Source: Paramoeba atlantica | Taxonomy: Eukaryota > Protista > Discosea | Length of the DNA stretch: 64,000 nucleotides | Assembly: GCA_977017575.1 (NCBI GenBank) | Contig: CDRNVI010000044.1 | Span: 310,001 to 374,000, forward strand | Direction of reading: 5' to 3' | In this document: positions 41,786 to 53,410 of the stretch, piece by piece | Position numbering within the stretch: the stretch's first letter is position 1 | Layout of the letters: every line of letters begins with the position of its first letter | The notes under the pieces: model-generated | Seen by the model: the letters and a program-made list of their open reading frames with translations, nothing else | Told to the model about the DNA's origin: nothing | The model's database searches: none | Made by a program: the position numbers and the translations under genes

Positions 41786-44608
41786 ATGGTCTATATATCT
41801 GACAAGGAACGTGATAGATCCGGCATTTCGGAAAGAAAGCGACCAGGGTATTTAAGTACAAAAGATGTGGCAAACATCTACGTAGACACAATAAAAGATA
41901 CTGCTCAATTAGTGGGGCACTTTGCCAAAGGGTTCTGGAATGCGTGCGTCGGTAAGAAAGAGGAAACTGCCTCTACGGAAAATGACCCCAACGAAGAAAT
42001 ATCGGATGAATCCCCTGTTTTTAAACATAGAAGAACGAATAATCTTCTGCAGTCACATGCGAAGCGCGACGTACATCACTCAACTTTTGTTGATCGGGCA
42101 AATACTTCTTATGGTAATATTCCTAAGGAAGTGGCTGACAAGGCTAGCAGGGCGTACTCTTATCCAGTGAAAGGAACTGAAGAATCGCCTCAACAGGGTC
42201 TGAGAGAACATTTCGATGCACTTACTCCAACATCATATCGTCCTTCCTCCGATTTTCCATTTTCTCCCGCACCTATCCCTCCTCAGGCTCCTCAATCAGT
42301 TGTGTACAATTTCTACTACCAGACGCCCTACCAAACTCCAATTGCACCTGCACCTACTTTGGTAACTAATGCTTACAATGAACGAATGAAGCTTATTAGT
42401 GCCAGTGGCCTTCCTCTTCCAGCACCTGGAACAAACTCCACACTTTGGTTCACGTCAGATTCTACAAAGCCACGGAGATCCGCTTCATCGTGGGTTCCGT
42501 CGCGCAAACGTGACACTGAAACCCATCAACATAGTGAGACTCTTCAGAAACGGAAACGTGAGGTGTCGACTGGTATACAAACAGATCTCGAGACCAAGCA
42601 ATCCTTACGCTCTTCCGAGACATCGAAGGGAATCAATGTCTCTGCATCGTTCGAAAGCAATAGTATTGAAGAACCTTCCAGGAAGTTCGTTCGACTTCCT
42701 GAAGAACGTACGCACGTCGGGATGCCACTCAACCCTATTGATTTTTCCTTTGAAACAACTCGCGAAGTGAAGAAAGTTAACCAAGAAAGAGATGCGCTAG
42801 CCGAAACTTGGACGATAAAATCCAACACAGATGTTACATCGGTTGTGAAATCTGCTGTTTCAGATGGTGGCCAGCCTACGAATCCATTCGCAGCGCCCGG
42901 AGTAGTTCAGAGTGGTGCCAGTTTTATGCCTTCAGGGTTTGTAAGACCCACGCCCAAGGATAGTGGATTTACTTCTAGCACTGAGCTTCCTTCTTATATG
43001 AAAAGCTTGGAGGACAAACCTTCTGCCAATGTGGAAATAACGGCGAATATTGATCCCACGATTAACCCAAAGAACAATAAGCCGTCGCCTTTGTCTTCCG
43101 CCATGACGTTCAGAAGAGATTCCTTATCCGAAATGGGAACAAAGAAAAGTGAAACTTCATCGTTAACTGCTCTGTTTAAGGAGCAATCAAATGAAAACGG
43201 TTTTATTCGCTCAGGACCGCTTGCCGTCACATTCGAGGATGACGGTTTTGCCTCTAACGCGGAATCATCTGATGACAATCAAGACAATTCTGGGGAAGTC
43301 AATAACGCTGCTTTGCCTATAGTACCTTCGAAAAAAGCAAGTGGATCTACTGGGTCCTTTGAAAAACCATCTAATATTTCTACTAATCCCTTTGAACCTT
43401 CGCAATTTTCCGACAGTTCTTCTAACCCTTTCACGGCAATCACTAATAAAGCTGCATCACAACCTAGTCACGACAATGCACCGAGATTTGCTTTCTCAGA
43501 TCCTTTATCCTCTTCAAATCTTCTCACATCTTCAGCAAATCCTTTCACTGCTTTTGCAAGTGGAAAAGCCCAGGTCTTGCCGGAAAGTTTAAAAAACGAA
43601 TTTGCAGAAAATATTGAAGGCGGGAGACCGACTAAAAAATTAACACCCCTCTTTGATACGGCGGAGAGAATTCATGTGGAGAAAGAAGCACCACATTCTG
43701 ATGATCAAATCAAAAATACCGATGTGTTACCGAGCAGTCATACATTGAAAATTCAAGAAGATAATGCTTTGTCCAGCGGAATTGATTCAAATCCCTTTTC
43801 TTTTCATCATCGTGATGCGTGGAGGGCATCTTCTGGTGTAGTCGCAGATAAAAGCACGATTGAAGCGGAAGCCAGTAAGAGTTCGGTGCACGATAAACCT
43901 CCGAGTGTGCAAATGTTGGTTGGAACTCTTCCGCATTCCTCAGGTTCGTCCTCGTTTATCACGAGTAGTTCTACCGGTTCAAGGGGAGATTTTTCGAGAT
44001 CCCAGAGCAGTTTTGGTGCAATTGGAAATAAAATGGGCGGGTTAGAAAGTTTTGAAAAGAAAGCCCCTGCATCACTGTCTACTGCCGTAAATAGCGTCTC
44101 CCCTTTTGCAACGTTTGGGTCTGACGGAAAAAAGCCGGAACAAGACAACGAATTTCCTGGCGCGAATCATGCAATCATACCGAATCCTTTTAGTTTGGGT
44201 GGGTCAAGCATAGAAAGTAAATCCAACGCTATAGAGAAGGGACCAAAACCATTGCTTGGAGAAGTTTCCTCTGAACATAGCTCGAATTCTGGCCAATCTT
44301 TGAATCCTTTTGCCATGGGCAGTTCGGTCACTACCCGTACACAAAGCCTTGATCAAAAGAACCTGCTCGAAATTAATCCACCGAGTTTTGGAGCGAATAA
44401 AGGTCTCAGTGCGTGGAGTGCCAATCTGCCCACGAATCTTTCCAACATGGGCGCTACTTCCGAATCGGATACAACAGCAAATCCTTTTAGTGTAAATGCA
44501 TTTGGTGTAAATCCTAGTGAAACTGATGGCTCGTCCAACGCATTTTCTTTTGGAGCCTCGCAAAGTGATAGTGCTGCGCGAAAGAAGTGGAAGAGAAAGT
44601 TGTTATGA
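41786..44608 (+). CDS. Disordered S/T-rich protein with eight NPF motifs, FG-like motifs and a basic C-terminus; nuclear-basket nucleoporin-like
   Basis: NPF occurs 8 times; C-terminus ...AFSFGAS...ARKKWKRKLL. Confidence 0.5.
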   Translation: MVYISDKERDRSGISERKRPGYLSTKDVANIYVDTIKDTAQLVGHFAKGFWNACVGKKEETASTENDPNEEISDESPVFKHRRTNNLLQSHAKRDVHHSTFVDRANTSYGNIPKEVADKASRAYSYPVKGTEESPQQGLREHFDALTPTSYRPSSDFPFSPAPIPPQAPQSVVYNFYYQTPYQTPIAPAPTLVTNAYNERMKLISASGLPLPAPGTNSTLWFTSDSTKPRRSASSWVPSRKRDTETHQHSETLQKRKREVSTGIQTDLETKQSLRSSETSKGINVSASFESNSIEEPSRKFVRLPEERTHVGMPLNPIDFSFETTREVKKVNQERDALAETWTIKSNTDVTSVVKSAVSDGGQPTNPFAAPGVVQSGASFMPSGFVRPTPKDSGFTSSTELPSYMKSLEDKPSANVEITANIDPTINPKNNKPSPLSSAMTFRRDSLSEMGTKKSETSSLTALFKEQSNENGFIRSGPLAVTFEDDGFASNAESSDDNQDNSGEVNNAALPIVPSKKASGSTGSFEKPSNISTNPFEPSQFSDSSSNPFTAITNKAASQPSHDNAPRFAFSDPLSSSNLLTSSANPFTAFASGKAQVLPESLKNEFAENIEGGRPTKKLTPLFDTAERIHVEKEAPHSDDQIKNTDVLPSSHTLKIQEDNALSSGIDSNPFSFHHRDAWRASSGVVADKSTIEAEASKSSVHDKPPSVQMLVGTLPHSSGSSSFITSSSTGSRGDFSRSQSSFGAIGNKMGGLESFEKKAPASLSTAVNSVSPFATFGSDGKKPEQDNEFPGANHAIIPNPFSLGGSSIESKSNAIEKGPKPLLGEVSSEHSSNSGQSLNPFAMGSSVTTRTQSLDQKNLLEINPPSFGANKGLSAWSANLPTNLSNMGATSESDTTANPFSVNAFGVNPSETDGSSNAFSFGASQSDSAARKKWKRKLL

Positions 44609-44996
44609 TTAGCAAAAGAAATCTTCTAGTTATGTTGCTATAGCGAAACTGGTCTGAGACGTAATCTGTAGTAGCAAGTATGGAATAACTGTCTTAGTAC
44701 ATGTTTCATCAGCGCGATAATAGACCATTCACATCCATATCAGCCATATCAAGTTTTCATCATGAGCAAGAATAGTGTAGTTTCAGAAAAAGTACATTTT
44801 TTGTTATCTTCACATAGCGACAGTATTTTATGCATTTCCTGACTTGCGAAACGCGCCTTTAAAAAATGATGTTTTAAGAAAACAATATCTTTTACAGTTT
44901 TGTGTTACTTCTGAATTTCTAATCTACTATTTTTTTTTCTAATCTACCTGTCTTCTGTAAATTTTGGTCTTAGATCTACTTTATCACATCTCTGCG

Positions 44997-45833
44997 ATGC
45001 GCGCGTTTGCAAATCAGGACGATCCAAAAGAAATTTGTCAAAGTTACGTTGAAGTGGCACGTAGAGGACTAACGCCAGTGGATTCTAACACAATCAAGGA
45101 TAAATTTTCTGGCAGCAATTGTGCTGAATCTAGGGGAAACAACATTTCTTTGACTCGTCCACCAAAAAGGCGCATATTAGCAGTTGGATCCTACGATGAT
45201 ACAGAGCAAAAGGACGTAAAGGCTGCAGACTTGCGTCAAAACGTTGACTGCACGAAAAGAAATGTGAATGTAGAGTCTAAAGCCAAATATGTCCGAAATT
45301 CGAATGATATTGAGAGTACATTTGTTTCTGTGTCGCAGATAAATAATCAGAATAGTCACAAAAATGACGGTACATCTTCAAATTCTACGAAACCGCTTCA
45401 TGAAGCATCTAATACTAGTAATTCTGTTTCAAGTAAAATTGACGAAATCAAGTGCGAAACCGATGAAGACATCACCCACTTGCTTACACCTGACCACACT
45501 GAGTCACCCATTAAAAAGCTTCAAAACTTTGCCGAACATATTTCTTCTCGATCTCCCAAAATAGAAAGATTGTTCTCCAGTCCCAAAGGGGAAATGATAT
45601 CCTGTCACATGTTGGAAAGTAGGCAAGAAGAAGAGGAGTGCAGGCAATTGGATCCTAATTCTCGGTCGCCGAGTAGAACATCGGACCGCTCTCAAGGACA
45701 AGTGCGGGACGGTACCGAAATCGAGAATCTTACAGGCACAGAGTTGGAAGAATTTCTTAGAATGGAAGTGATGCAACCATGTGACGACGAACTGAACGAA
45801 ATAGTAAAACTCTCTAAGCAGTATGATCTTTAA
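44997..45833 (+). CDS. Hypothetical protein with a possible C-terminal UIM-like helix
   Basis: Low-complexity body; ends DDELNEIVKLSKQYDL. First ATG at 44997. Confidence 0.55.
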   Translation: MRAFANQDDPKEICQSYVEVARRGLTPVDSNTIKDKFSGSNCAESRGNNISLTRPPKRRILAVGSYDDTEQKDVKAADLRQNVDCTKRNVNVESKAKYVRNSNDIESTFVSVSQINNQNSHKNDGTSSNSTKPLHEASNTSNSVSSKIDEIKCETDEDITHLLTPDHTESPIKKLQNFAEHISSRSPKIERLFSSPKGEMISCHMLESRQEEEECRQLDPNSRSPSRTSDRSQGQVRDGTEIENLTGTELEEFLRMEVMQPCDDELNEIVKLSKQYDL

Positions 45834-46060
45834 TCTTTGTCTTTTACCTTCACTACACTTCATGGGCCTTGTACAATAAAACAGAAGACATGAATTGTTC
45901 ATAGAATGTTTTTCTACATAACTCGTTATTTGACATTACATTTATATGGTATCTAGTAAATTATACACAACGTAAACTGATTTTTGGATCATAACATTCA
46001 TGCAGAAAGCAATTCATTTAAGTTATATACATCAGACCATAGGATTTGATCTTGCAATAG

Positions 46061-46804
46061 ATGGCCAAATCACAGTACACTAAGAGCTGGAAAACTGATA
46101 GGTCGCTTTTTCTGGGACAGAAAAGGTGGGAGAACAAAATTAACCAACGTCAGAAGAGGATTGATAACTATCGCAAGCTAGTAGTAGAAACCGGAATCGA
46201 GTCTCAGAGATTAAGGGAAATTGATCTTAAAGAGGCAGAGCTGAAAAAGAAACTTGAGAATGCACGTGATTGCTCCAGGGAATCGTTAAGCAAGAGCAAG
46301 CTCAGGAAACGAGCATGGCATAGGGAAAGACGCGTGGAACGCGATCATTGGAAAAAAGTTCTGGCGAAACAGGGTCTCTCATCTGTTGATCAAGACTTGA
46401 AAATTAATTCAAAAGAAAATGATACTGCTGCGCCAGAAGGGAGCGCTGAAGACGTAATCTCGTCATACCGAAGGCAAAAATTTCACCTTCCATACATGGA
46501 CGACGAGTCTGACGTCACTTCAGAGGCAAATACGTTTGTGTCTCGTCCAAGCAGAAAAAGAAATTCTCCTCAGTCTTTGCCGGCTGAGACAGAACAGAAA
46601 ATTGTGCATCAGGATTCTGTGGTTCAATTTTTGGGGTTCAATCAGAATGAGGATCTCGGCTCAGAAACATCTAAAAATGCACTACAAAGTTATAAAAACA
46701 AAACGGGACGTTTTTTAAAAACTCGAACCTCAAAGGGTCAGCCCATAATGCGCAACAAGGTCACCGATTTATATTTAAAGGCAAAGAACAAATATGCAAC
46801 GTAA
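46061..46804 (+). CDS. Fyv7/TAP26-like rRNA-processing protein
   Basis: K/R-rich protein ending FLKTRTSKGQPIMRNKVTDLYLK (T-x-KGQP-x-M motif). Confidence 0.65.
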   Translation: MAKSQYTKSWKTDRSLFLGQKRWENKINQRQKRIDNYRKLVVETGIESQRLREIDLKEAELKKKLENARDCSRESLSKSKLRKRAWHRERRVERDHWKKVLAKQGLSSVDQDLKINSKENDTAAPEGSAEDVISSYRRQKFHLPYMDDESDVTSEANTFVSRPSRKRNSPQSLPAETEQKIVHQDSVVQFLGFNQNEDLGSETSKNALQSYKNKTGRFLKTRTSKGQPIMRNKVTDLYLKAKNKYAT

Positions 46805-47054
46805 TCGATATTAAGTTCGACTATCGTATTGTGGTACTTCATGCCATGCATATTGCAAAACAATTACTAAGTACACCCCATTCTTTGTGAGCGTATGATT
46901 TTTTTCTCATTGTCTTAGATAATGAAAGATTTAGATGTTTTCTTTTAGTCTTAATTTTCTAACTCTGCTTTCCCAATACGCATTGCATGCTTAGCGGGAT
47001 GAGAAGAAAATCATCCACTTGTGCAATGCTACCACTTTTTTCCTATTGCCTCAG

Positions 47055-48971
47055 ATGACTCGATGCAGCTTTCTTTTTCAGCGGAGCCTAAAACTGCTGG
47101 AATCCAAGGGGGTCCCGGTTACGTTACTCACCGCTAATTATGTCCGTGTCAGTGCCTTTGTGGATGGGAGCAAGATTCTAGGTTTTGGTAAAGTTATCGG
47201 ACCCGCCAGTGAGAATGGGGGAGAGAGCGGGGGAAGTGACGTATTTCTTGTAAAGTTCGACTCCGTGAATGTTGGTCCCCATGTCCCTCTGGAGGTGACA
47301 ACAAGCGTCTGGGTTCAAAGTGACGACCGCGCGTCGACGGGAATCATAACAAAAGTTCGAAATGATGGCACCTATAGTGTCCTAATGGACAGCGGCGTGT
47401 TTGAGGATGTTGTAGCACGAGATCGCATTGTGGCTTCCGAAGGAAAAAATCCACTGCTTAGTACCGACAGATGTAAGAACCTCGCCGAGTGGGCCTTTGA
47501 AGCGGGTGTTGAACGCAAGACAGATGCAGAGCTCGCGGCCCTTGTGCTCTGTAAGAATGGGTGGCGTCGTGAAAAGATGTACCTGCTAAAAGATGAAGAC
47601 GTCGCCGTGCTACAACATCTGCATCGGAGCACACGCGCTTCAATTCTTGAGCTTGCTGAGTGGGAAATGGAAAGCCGACGCGTGTGGCGAGAAAAGGAAC
47701 GGGAACGCGAAAAGGAACGCCTCTCTTGGAGCTACTTTACGGTGAAGTATGCCGGTGTAGTCTCCGCTACCTTTGCCAGCTTTGGTGTCTGTTCTGTCTT
47801 TCTTTGGAATTATTTGAATTGGAGGAAAGGTAGGAGGGACTATCAGATGGAACTGGCTATTGCTCGGCTTACCTCACCAAATGTTATGTGTGCTGGAGAC
47901 GACACAAGGATGGAATATTACTTAGAGACCTCAACCGATAATGTTCATGGCAGGGACGCTTCGGAAACAAAGCAAGACAAATCTAGTGATCATACTCGTG
48001 AGGCTGACATTCTTCGTCGTATAGTTCATTTCCCTAGTAAAGACGGGGACGTCTTGATTCCAAGAGGTGTTTCAGTCATGGGATCGCCACAATCAGTGGC
48101 TGTGATAGGAACTCGGGGATGTGGAAAGTCGACAGTTGTTCGCAGGGCGTTACGTGATTTGCCTGGTGTGGTACATGTTGCTGTTCGTATCGGTTGGTCT
48201 CATGAAGATCTGACTAAAGCCTTAGTGCGTGCTCTTGGAGTTGACAACCTTGCGGCATGTGGAGATTTAACGACGTTTACCCAAGAGACTCTCAGTAAGG
48301 TATCACAGAAAAACGGAATCATGCCTATCATAGTATATTCCTTACGCATGGGGGATGACTTTCTGGAAAACAAGAGACTTGTCAACGTTGTTCTAAATCA
48401 ACAACGCCATATATCCCGTGATCTAAAAATGGCTTCCACCATTTCTGAGATTGATCACACACGAGTTCATGTTTATCCTGAAATGTATGATGACATGATT
48501 TTAAGGTGGATTCAGGACCTTACTCCAGGGGATGCGAATCTTCTCCTCCGTCCTCGCATGAATCCTGATGATATTGACATTTTGGAAAGGTACCTTGGCA
48601 CTAATCCTGGGACACTACATCAGGCGACAATGGATATTTCCTGCTCTGAGGAAGGGACAGAAAAGTATGTCGAGCGGAAATCCATAGAAGCGCAAATGTA
48701 CCTAAGTGCTTTTCGGCGGCGACATTCGGAGTTGGATTCTCTACTGGATCGCTTGACCGACAGTGAATACGAGGATGGAATACCTCTGCGAGATTATCCA
48801 GATCTTGTGGACGGGAAGGAAGTTCCGAATGTCGTATTTCATGTTAACTGGATGCAAAGAGCGATCTTCTTTAACTCTAAATTAATGTACTGCGCTGCCA
48901 GATTATTGCAATCTTCTACAGAGCAGCCCATTTCTGGTGTCGAAGCAGTTGATTCGACGACCGATGTATAA
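47055..48971 (+). CDS. Tuzin-like membrane protein with a P-loop
   Basis: TM helix followed by W-N-Y-x-x-W-R-K; VIGTRGCGKS; KALVRALGVDNLAACGDLTTF matches my recollection of the tuzin motif ALGV-x-N-x-x-ACGDLLDF. Confidence 0.75.
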   Translation: MTRCSFLFQRSLKLLESKGVPVTLLTANYVRVSAFVDGSKILGFGKVIGPASENGGESGGSDVFLVKFDSVNVGPHVPLEVTTSVWVQSDDRASTGIITKVRNDGTYSVLMDSGVFEDVVARDRIVASEGKNPLLSTDRCKNLAEWAFEAGVERKTDAELAALVLCKNGWRREKMYLLKDEDVAVLQHLHRSTRASILELAEWEMESRRVWREKEREREKERLSWSYFTVKYAGVVSATFASFGVCSVFLWNYLNWRKGRRDYQMELAIARLTSPNVMCAGDDTRMEYYLETSTDNVHGRDASETKQDKSSDHTREADILRRIVHFPSKDGDVLIPRGVSVMGSPQSVAVIGTRGCGKSTVVRRALRDLPGVVHVAVRIGWSHEDLTKALVRALGVDNLAACGDLTTFTQETLSKVSQKNGIMPIIVYSLRMGDDFLENKRLVNVVLNQQRHISRDLKMASTISEIDHTRVHVYPEMYDDMILRWIQDLTPGDANLLLRPRMNPDDIDILERYLGTNPGTLHQATMDISCSEEGTEKYVERKSIEAQMYLSAFRRRHSELDSLLDRLTDSEYEDGIPLRDYPDLVDGKEVPNVVFHVNWMQRAIFFNSKLMYCAARLLQSSTEQPISGVEAVDSTTDV

Positions 48972-49188
48972 AATGCTCTTGTAAGCTACTTCTAATGTTC
49001 ATTTAGTATCACTCTTCAATTTATTCTTCAACTGTGCCTTGTGGGGAGTAACGGTACTTCCGCCAATTTATTCTTCACTCTATGTCATTAAATTAATACA
49101 GTATGTATTGCTTCATAAATGTTATTTCATTTAAGCTTGTGCTAAAGAGGATTAAATCTATTAAGTATGGTATACATAGCACTCTTTA

Positions 49189-52100
49189 ATGCGGAGTAGT
49201 CATAGTTCGCAGAGTCTCTGCAGTGTGTACGACGATCACATGGCGACGAACACGCTTAACCATGTAACAAGTGTGCTGTCCACTACGCAAATTCCTACGC
49301 GTTCATGTTCGCTGACTTCGCAACGCAGTGCCCTGAGTAGCAACGAGAATCTCGCATCACAGTGCTCGATTTTAGGTGACGAGTTGATTATTCAGAGCAG
49401 CAATAGCAATGATGAAATAAGGCCTCAAACCGTTATCGATGAATCTGTATCAGGATGGGGTACAATAGACCTAGAAGCTCAGGAAATGGAGCCTTCCAAA
49501 ATGTCTTCAGAGTCAGCCTTCTCTCCCTTACCAGTTCCTGGAAAGGCATCCTATTCAACGCAGAGAATATTTCAGTGGAGCACTGACGTGTCATGCTCCA
49601 CAATGAGGCAGAAGTCTCCACAAGAAGCGGTTTTGACACCTCAAAAATCGCATCCTAGATCTGAAATTGATGAACTTTTTGACATTCCCCGCAAGTCATC
49701 TAATCTTTTGGGTTTACGGGAAGCCAGCTTTTGCACCGAAGAGCTGTCTAGAAATGTTGATATCAATGCGGGCGAATGCTGTATCAAAGAAGAAATACTC
49801 GCTTATCCTACACACCCTGAGGAAGACATATCACTGAAGTCCAAATCAGGTGAGGATAATCCAAAAAGAGACATCTGTGTTCAACCTAGCGCTTCAAATA
49901 TCCAACCTTTTGCAACGTCCTCGTCGTTACAAAATTCGGCTCTAGATGCAAGTAATTGCCATCTCATCCACAATTCGAAAATGGAACATCCAACGGATGA
50001 AGAAAACAAAATATCAGAACGAATTCCTCTTATTCACGACAATTCAAAAGAAGTTGAAGCCACGGTGCCATCAACGCTGAGCATTGCATCAACAGATCTA
50101 TCGGTAGGTATTGTCGGTAGAGAAACGTCAATTCGTTGTTCTCCGACAACAACAGAAGCTGTTAAGTACGTTGACAGTAGAAATCTGAAGCCAACACGAC
50201 ACGTATATCCGGACATGACACAGGCACCCGAAATAGCACAAGAAGTGGGAAACCGTCATCATAGAGAATCATGCGCTGGTAATTCCTGCGCTAAGGAAGC
50301 AACTATAGAACTAATTTCAACAAACCCCACAACTCGTGTGAAAGACATACCTAAAGCACATCTTTCGGAGCATATTCAAGAATCTGCTGCGATACAGTTG
50401 CAAAGCGCTCCACAAATATTTCTGCAGCAAGACGACGTCTGTTTTGAACTTTCTGATTTGTCAACAGTACAAGTACTTTTGTCAGGAGGAATTCCTGTAT
50501 CAATGCCGTACGAACGGGCCTATTTTCTAAGAGAAGAATTGATGAGACGACTGAGTCAACCTCCATCCAAAGGCTTTTCCAGAAATACATGCGCCAATCG
50601 ATTAAATTCAAAATCATTTGATCAAGAGATTGCATCTCTAAGTCAAACGAACTCAACTGCAGAAATTACTTTAGAGAAAAAAAGCCTTCCTTCCGTGGAG
50701 CGGCACGCCCCACAAAATATTTGTCAAGAATCGGAAATTGCAAAAACCTCGAGAGCTTCATTGTTACGTTTTTGGGTGGATGAAAAAATGAAGAGTCCCA
50801 AAGTACGTTTTCTCCCGTTTGGACACATCCTTATTCAGGATACCGTGAACAAACATCTACAGGTAAAAGAAATCCGTCATCTCCTCGCAGAAAACCGTGC
50901 GACTCCTTTAGGAGGAAAATATATTAAGAATCTTGATCAATATCCCGGGCCGTTAAATAACGCAACTAAGACAGATGATATAATACAATATCTTCGCTTA
51001 ATTTTCCCGTCTTACGGGCCACTACAGCGTTATTTATTGGCGAACTTAGATCAACCCCTGGATTGGTCTGCTGAAAACCAGCACAGATCTTTTGATGAAA
51101 TTTTTGGGAAGAATGCATTCACCGATCATGAAAATGAATTTCGAGAGAGTATGAAAAACCATAACTCAGATCTTGATAAGGAAATTACGCCCTACCTTTT
51201 ACAAGGAAAGCGTCAAGAAGCGATTGAAGCGGCGTTATCCGGGCGAAACTGGGCCATTGCACTTTTGATTGCAACGCTTTGCGACCGGGACGCTTACACA
51301 AGAGTCATATCTTCCTTTGTTGAGGCTACACTTGCTACAAGTTCTCCTCTTACCACGCTGCTTCTGGAGGGTAACGCGCTATCGCCCGATATTTCAGCCC
51401 CATCTATTGAAAGATGGGAGGATCATATTCGTATATTGCTAGTTAATATGTCGCAAAGATCATGCGTTTCAACGGCACTTGTGAGATGGTCTGACGCACT
51501 GCAGTTGCATGATAAAGCAGAAGAAGCTCAAATCTGCTATTTGCTGGCACACAAACTAGACGAACCGAATTATCCATTGCGAAAGATTGCACTTTGGGGC
51601 GGGACTCAAAAGCCAAACATGTGGCGTTCCTCGTACTTGAACGAAAGAAGTTTTTTTCAAACCGAACTATTCCAATTTTTACGTCTAAGAGATGCCACAT
51701 TGAATAAATCAAGAGTAGCAACGCCACGCGCTGAATCGCATCACAGCTATTCGTCATTCAGGTTTGCACATGCTATTATTCTTAATGAATGCGGTTTTAC
51801 TACTCAAGGGCGGAAGATTTTAATCCAACTTCAAAAAGAAATATCTTTCGCTGGCGATTTACGAAGATGTCAGCAGAATTTATCTTACCTTGTACAGGAA
51901 CAAATACAGCTACTTGACACAATACAAGGTACGGGGCATATTTCTAAAGGAAATGTAATTTCTCGCTGGCTATGGGGAAGAAAAGACTCACACAGAGAAT
52001 TTTCTGAATCAATTCGAACTTTACAGCCTAATTTAAGATCTGTCTCGAGATTATCGGAAAAGAAAATGTCAGAAATACATGAAAGTGAACAGAAGGATAC

Positions 52101-52521
52101 ATTCAAAATTCCGACTTCTGGCGGAAGGTCATGGTGGCCGTTCAAGGGCAACCGAACGGAAGAAGGTCCCAAGGAAGTGTTCCTTCCAGAAGACAATGAG
52201 AAACCGGTATATAACGCTTTGACTGGGCAATGGGAATTAAAAGGGTATCAATCTACTGCACAGGAGATTGAACAAGAACGTCGAGCGCGCGCTGGCCCCC
52301 CTCTTCCCGAAACAGTATCAATTACATCCACTCCAGAAATATCCTTACATTCTAACTTGCAAATTACTCAGCCTCAGGATTATTCTGCATTCCAAAGCGC
52401 TGCTCAATCCGAAGCACAACTTTCTTATCTTATTAATCCAAGCGCAATTGATGCGCCTTCAGACTCTACACATTCCGCTCACAACTTAGTCAATCGTTAC
52501 GTTGATTTGTTTAATTCATAA
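49189..52521 (+). CDS. SEC16: COPII scaffold Sec16
   Basis: LLQGKRQEAIEAALSGRNWAIALLIA, WEDHIRILLVN, EEAQICYLLA, FFQTELFQF, C-terminal PVYNALTGQW. Confidence 0.75.
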   Translation: MRSSHSSQSLCSVYDDHMATNTLNHVTSVLSTTQIPTRSCSLTSQRSALSSNENLASQCSILGDELIIQSSNSNDEIRPQTVIDESVSGWGTIDLEAQEMEPSKMSSESAFSPLPVPGKASYSTQRIFQWSTDVSCSTMRQKSPQEAVLTPQKSHPRSEIDELFDIPRKSSNLLGLREASFCTEELSRNVDINAGECCIKEEILAYPTHPEEDISLKSKSGEDNPKRDICVQPSASNIQPFATSSSLQNSALDASNCHLIHNSKMEHPTDEENKISERIPLIHDNSKEVEATVPSTLSIASTDLSVGIVGRETSIRCSPTTTEAVKYVDSRNLKPTRHVYPDMTQAPEIAQEVGNRHHRESCAGNSCAKEATIELISTNPTTRVKDIPKAHLSEHIQESAAIQLQSAPQIFLQQDDVCFELSDLSTVQVLLSGGIPVSMPYERAYFLREELMRRLSQPPSKGFSRNTCANRLNSKSFDQEIASLSQTNSTAEITLEKKSLPSVERHAPQNICQESEIAKTSRASLLRFWVDEKMKSPKVRFLPFGHILIQDTVNKHLQVKEIRHLLAENRATPLGGKYIKNLDQYPGPLNNATKTDDIIQYLRLIFPSYGPLQRYLLANLDQPLDWSAENQHRSFDEIFGKNAFTDHENEFRESMKNHNSDLDKEITPYLLQGKRQEAIEAALSGRNWAIALLIATLCDRDAYTRVISSFVEATLATSSPLTTLLLEGNALSPDISAPSIERWEDHIRILLVNMSQRSCVSTALVRWSDALQLHDKAEEAQICYLLAHKLDEPNYPLRKIALWGGTQKPNMWRSSYLNERSFFQTELFQFLRLRDATLNKSRVATPRAESHHSYSSFRFAHAIILNECGFTTQGRKILIQLQKEISFAGDLRRCQQNLSYLVQEQIQLLDTIQGTGHISKGNVISRWLWGRKDSHREFSESIRTLQPNLRSVSRLSEKKMSEIHESEQKDTFKIPTSGGRSWWPFKGNRTEEGPKEVFLPEDNEKPVYNALTGQWELKGYQSTAQEIEQERRARAGPPLPETVSITSTPEISLHSNLQITQPQDYSAFQSAAQSEAQLSYLINPSAIDAPSDSTHSAHNLVNRYVDLFNS

Positions 52522-52761
52522 TTGATTGCATGCCAATCGTTTGCCCTTCAAAGCCGCGATCACTATACTTCAATCCGGAAATTTTACGCATTTTGTGTTG
52601 CAGAACCACGTATTTACATGTACATGTAGTTTAGATGTAAACATCATAGTGCATTGTACTACCATTTACTGATTCAGATCATTTTTGAGGTCCCAAGTAC
52701 CATTTTTAAATCTTTTTTATCTTTTGCTAATATGATTTTCTCTATGATTTTAAAGTGAGCT

Positions 52762-53049
52762 ATGAATAGAGGAGAATCCGATGATCAATTGCATCTATCC
52801 TCCACAAAATATTCTGGTAGACACAAGGAAGATAGCTTTGAGCCCGATACCAAAAAAAATTATATGACCACAGAGACAGTATCCGCTACAACCCATGTGA
52901 TACCGCAAGCAGAAATTCCGTTATCTTGTATCAATGAAGAAGAGGAAGAACGCTTAGTAAAAGAGGTTCAAGGGGATAGCTTATTGCTAGCCTTTGGTCA
53001 ATCTGTTCTACGGGCTTATAAATGTGATATGTTCGACGCAAAGGAGTAG
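52762..53049 (+). CDS. Small acidic hypothetical protein
   Basis: 95-aa ATG ORF on the coding strand just after Sec16; no motif recognised. Confidence 0.35.
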   Translation: MNRGESDDQLHLSSTKYSGRHKEDSFEPDTKKNYMTTETVSATTHVIPQAEIPLSCINEEEEERLVKEVQGDSLLLAFGQSVLRAYKCDMFDAKE

Positions 53050-53410
53050 CAGCAAGCAATAAAATGATTGCTCCGGTCGGAGTCCCGCACGCAGTACTCC
53101 TTCGGATTGCTTCTCTCCGGCAGCCGTAGAGAGAGGAGAAGTTCCGGGTCTGCTCGCAGCAGAGCTGCTCATAGATGTAGTGATTCGAATCGCGAATAAG
53201 GTAGTACGCTCCGAAAATACCGAAACCATATGGAAACCCACAAATTCGTGGCTTCGGCCTTGTTGGAGAGGATAGATAGCATGAAATGATCCGTCAAGAC
53301 TGAAAGAGGAGACATCTTTTCCTAAAAGTAATGACAGACAACTACGAGGATACAGTAAGTACAATAATTTTATAATGTAAACTTCATTTGTTAAATAAAC
53401 TTTGTATATA

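Noticed and set aside
53050-53350. Possible snoRNA or 7SL RNA after the small ORF
   Set aside because: Only loose ATGA/CTGA matches; no recognisable U3, SRP or snRNA motif.
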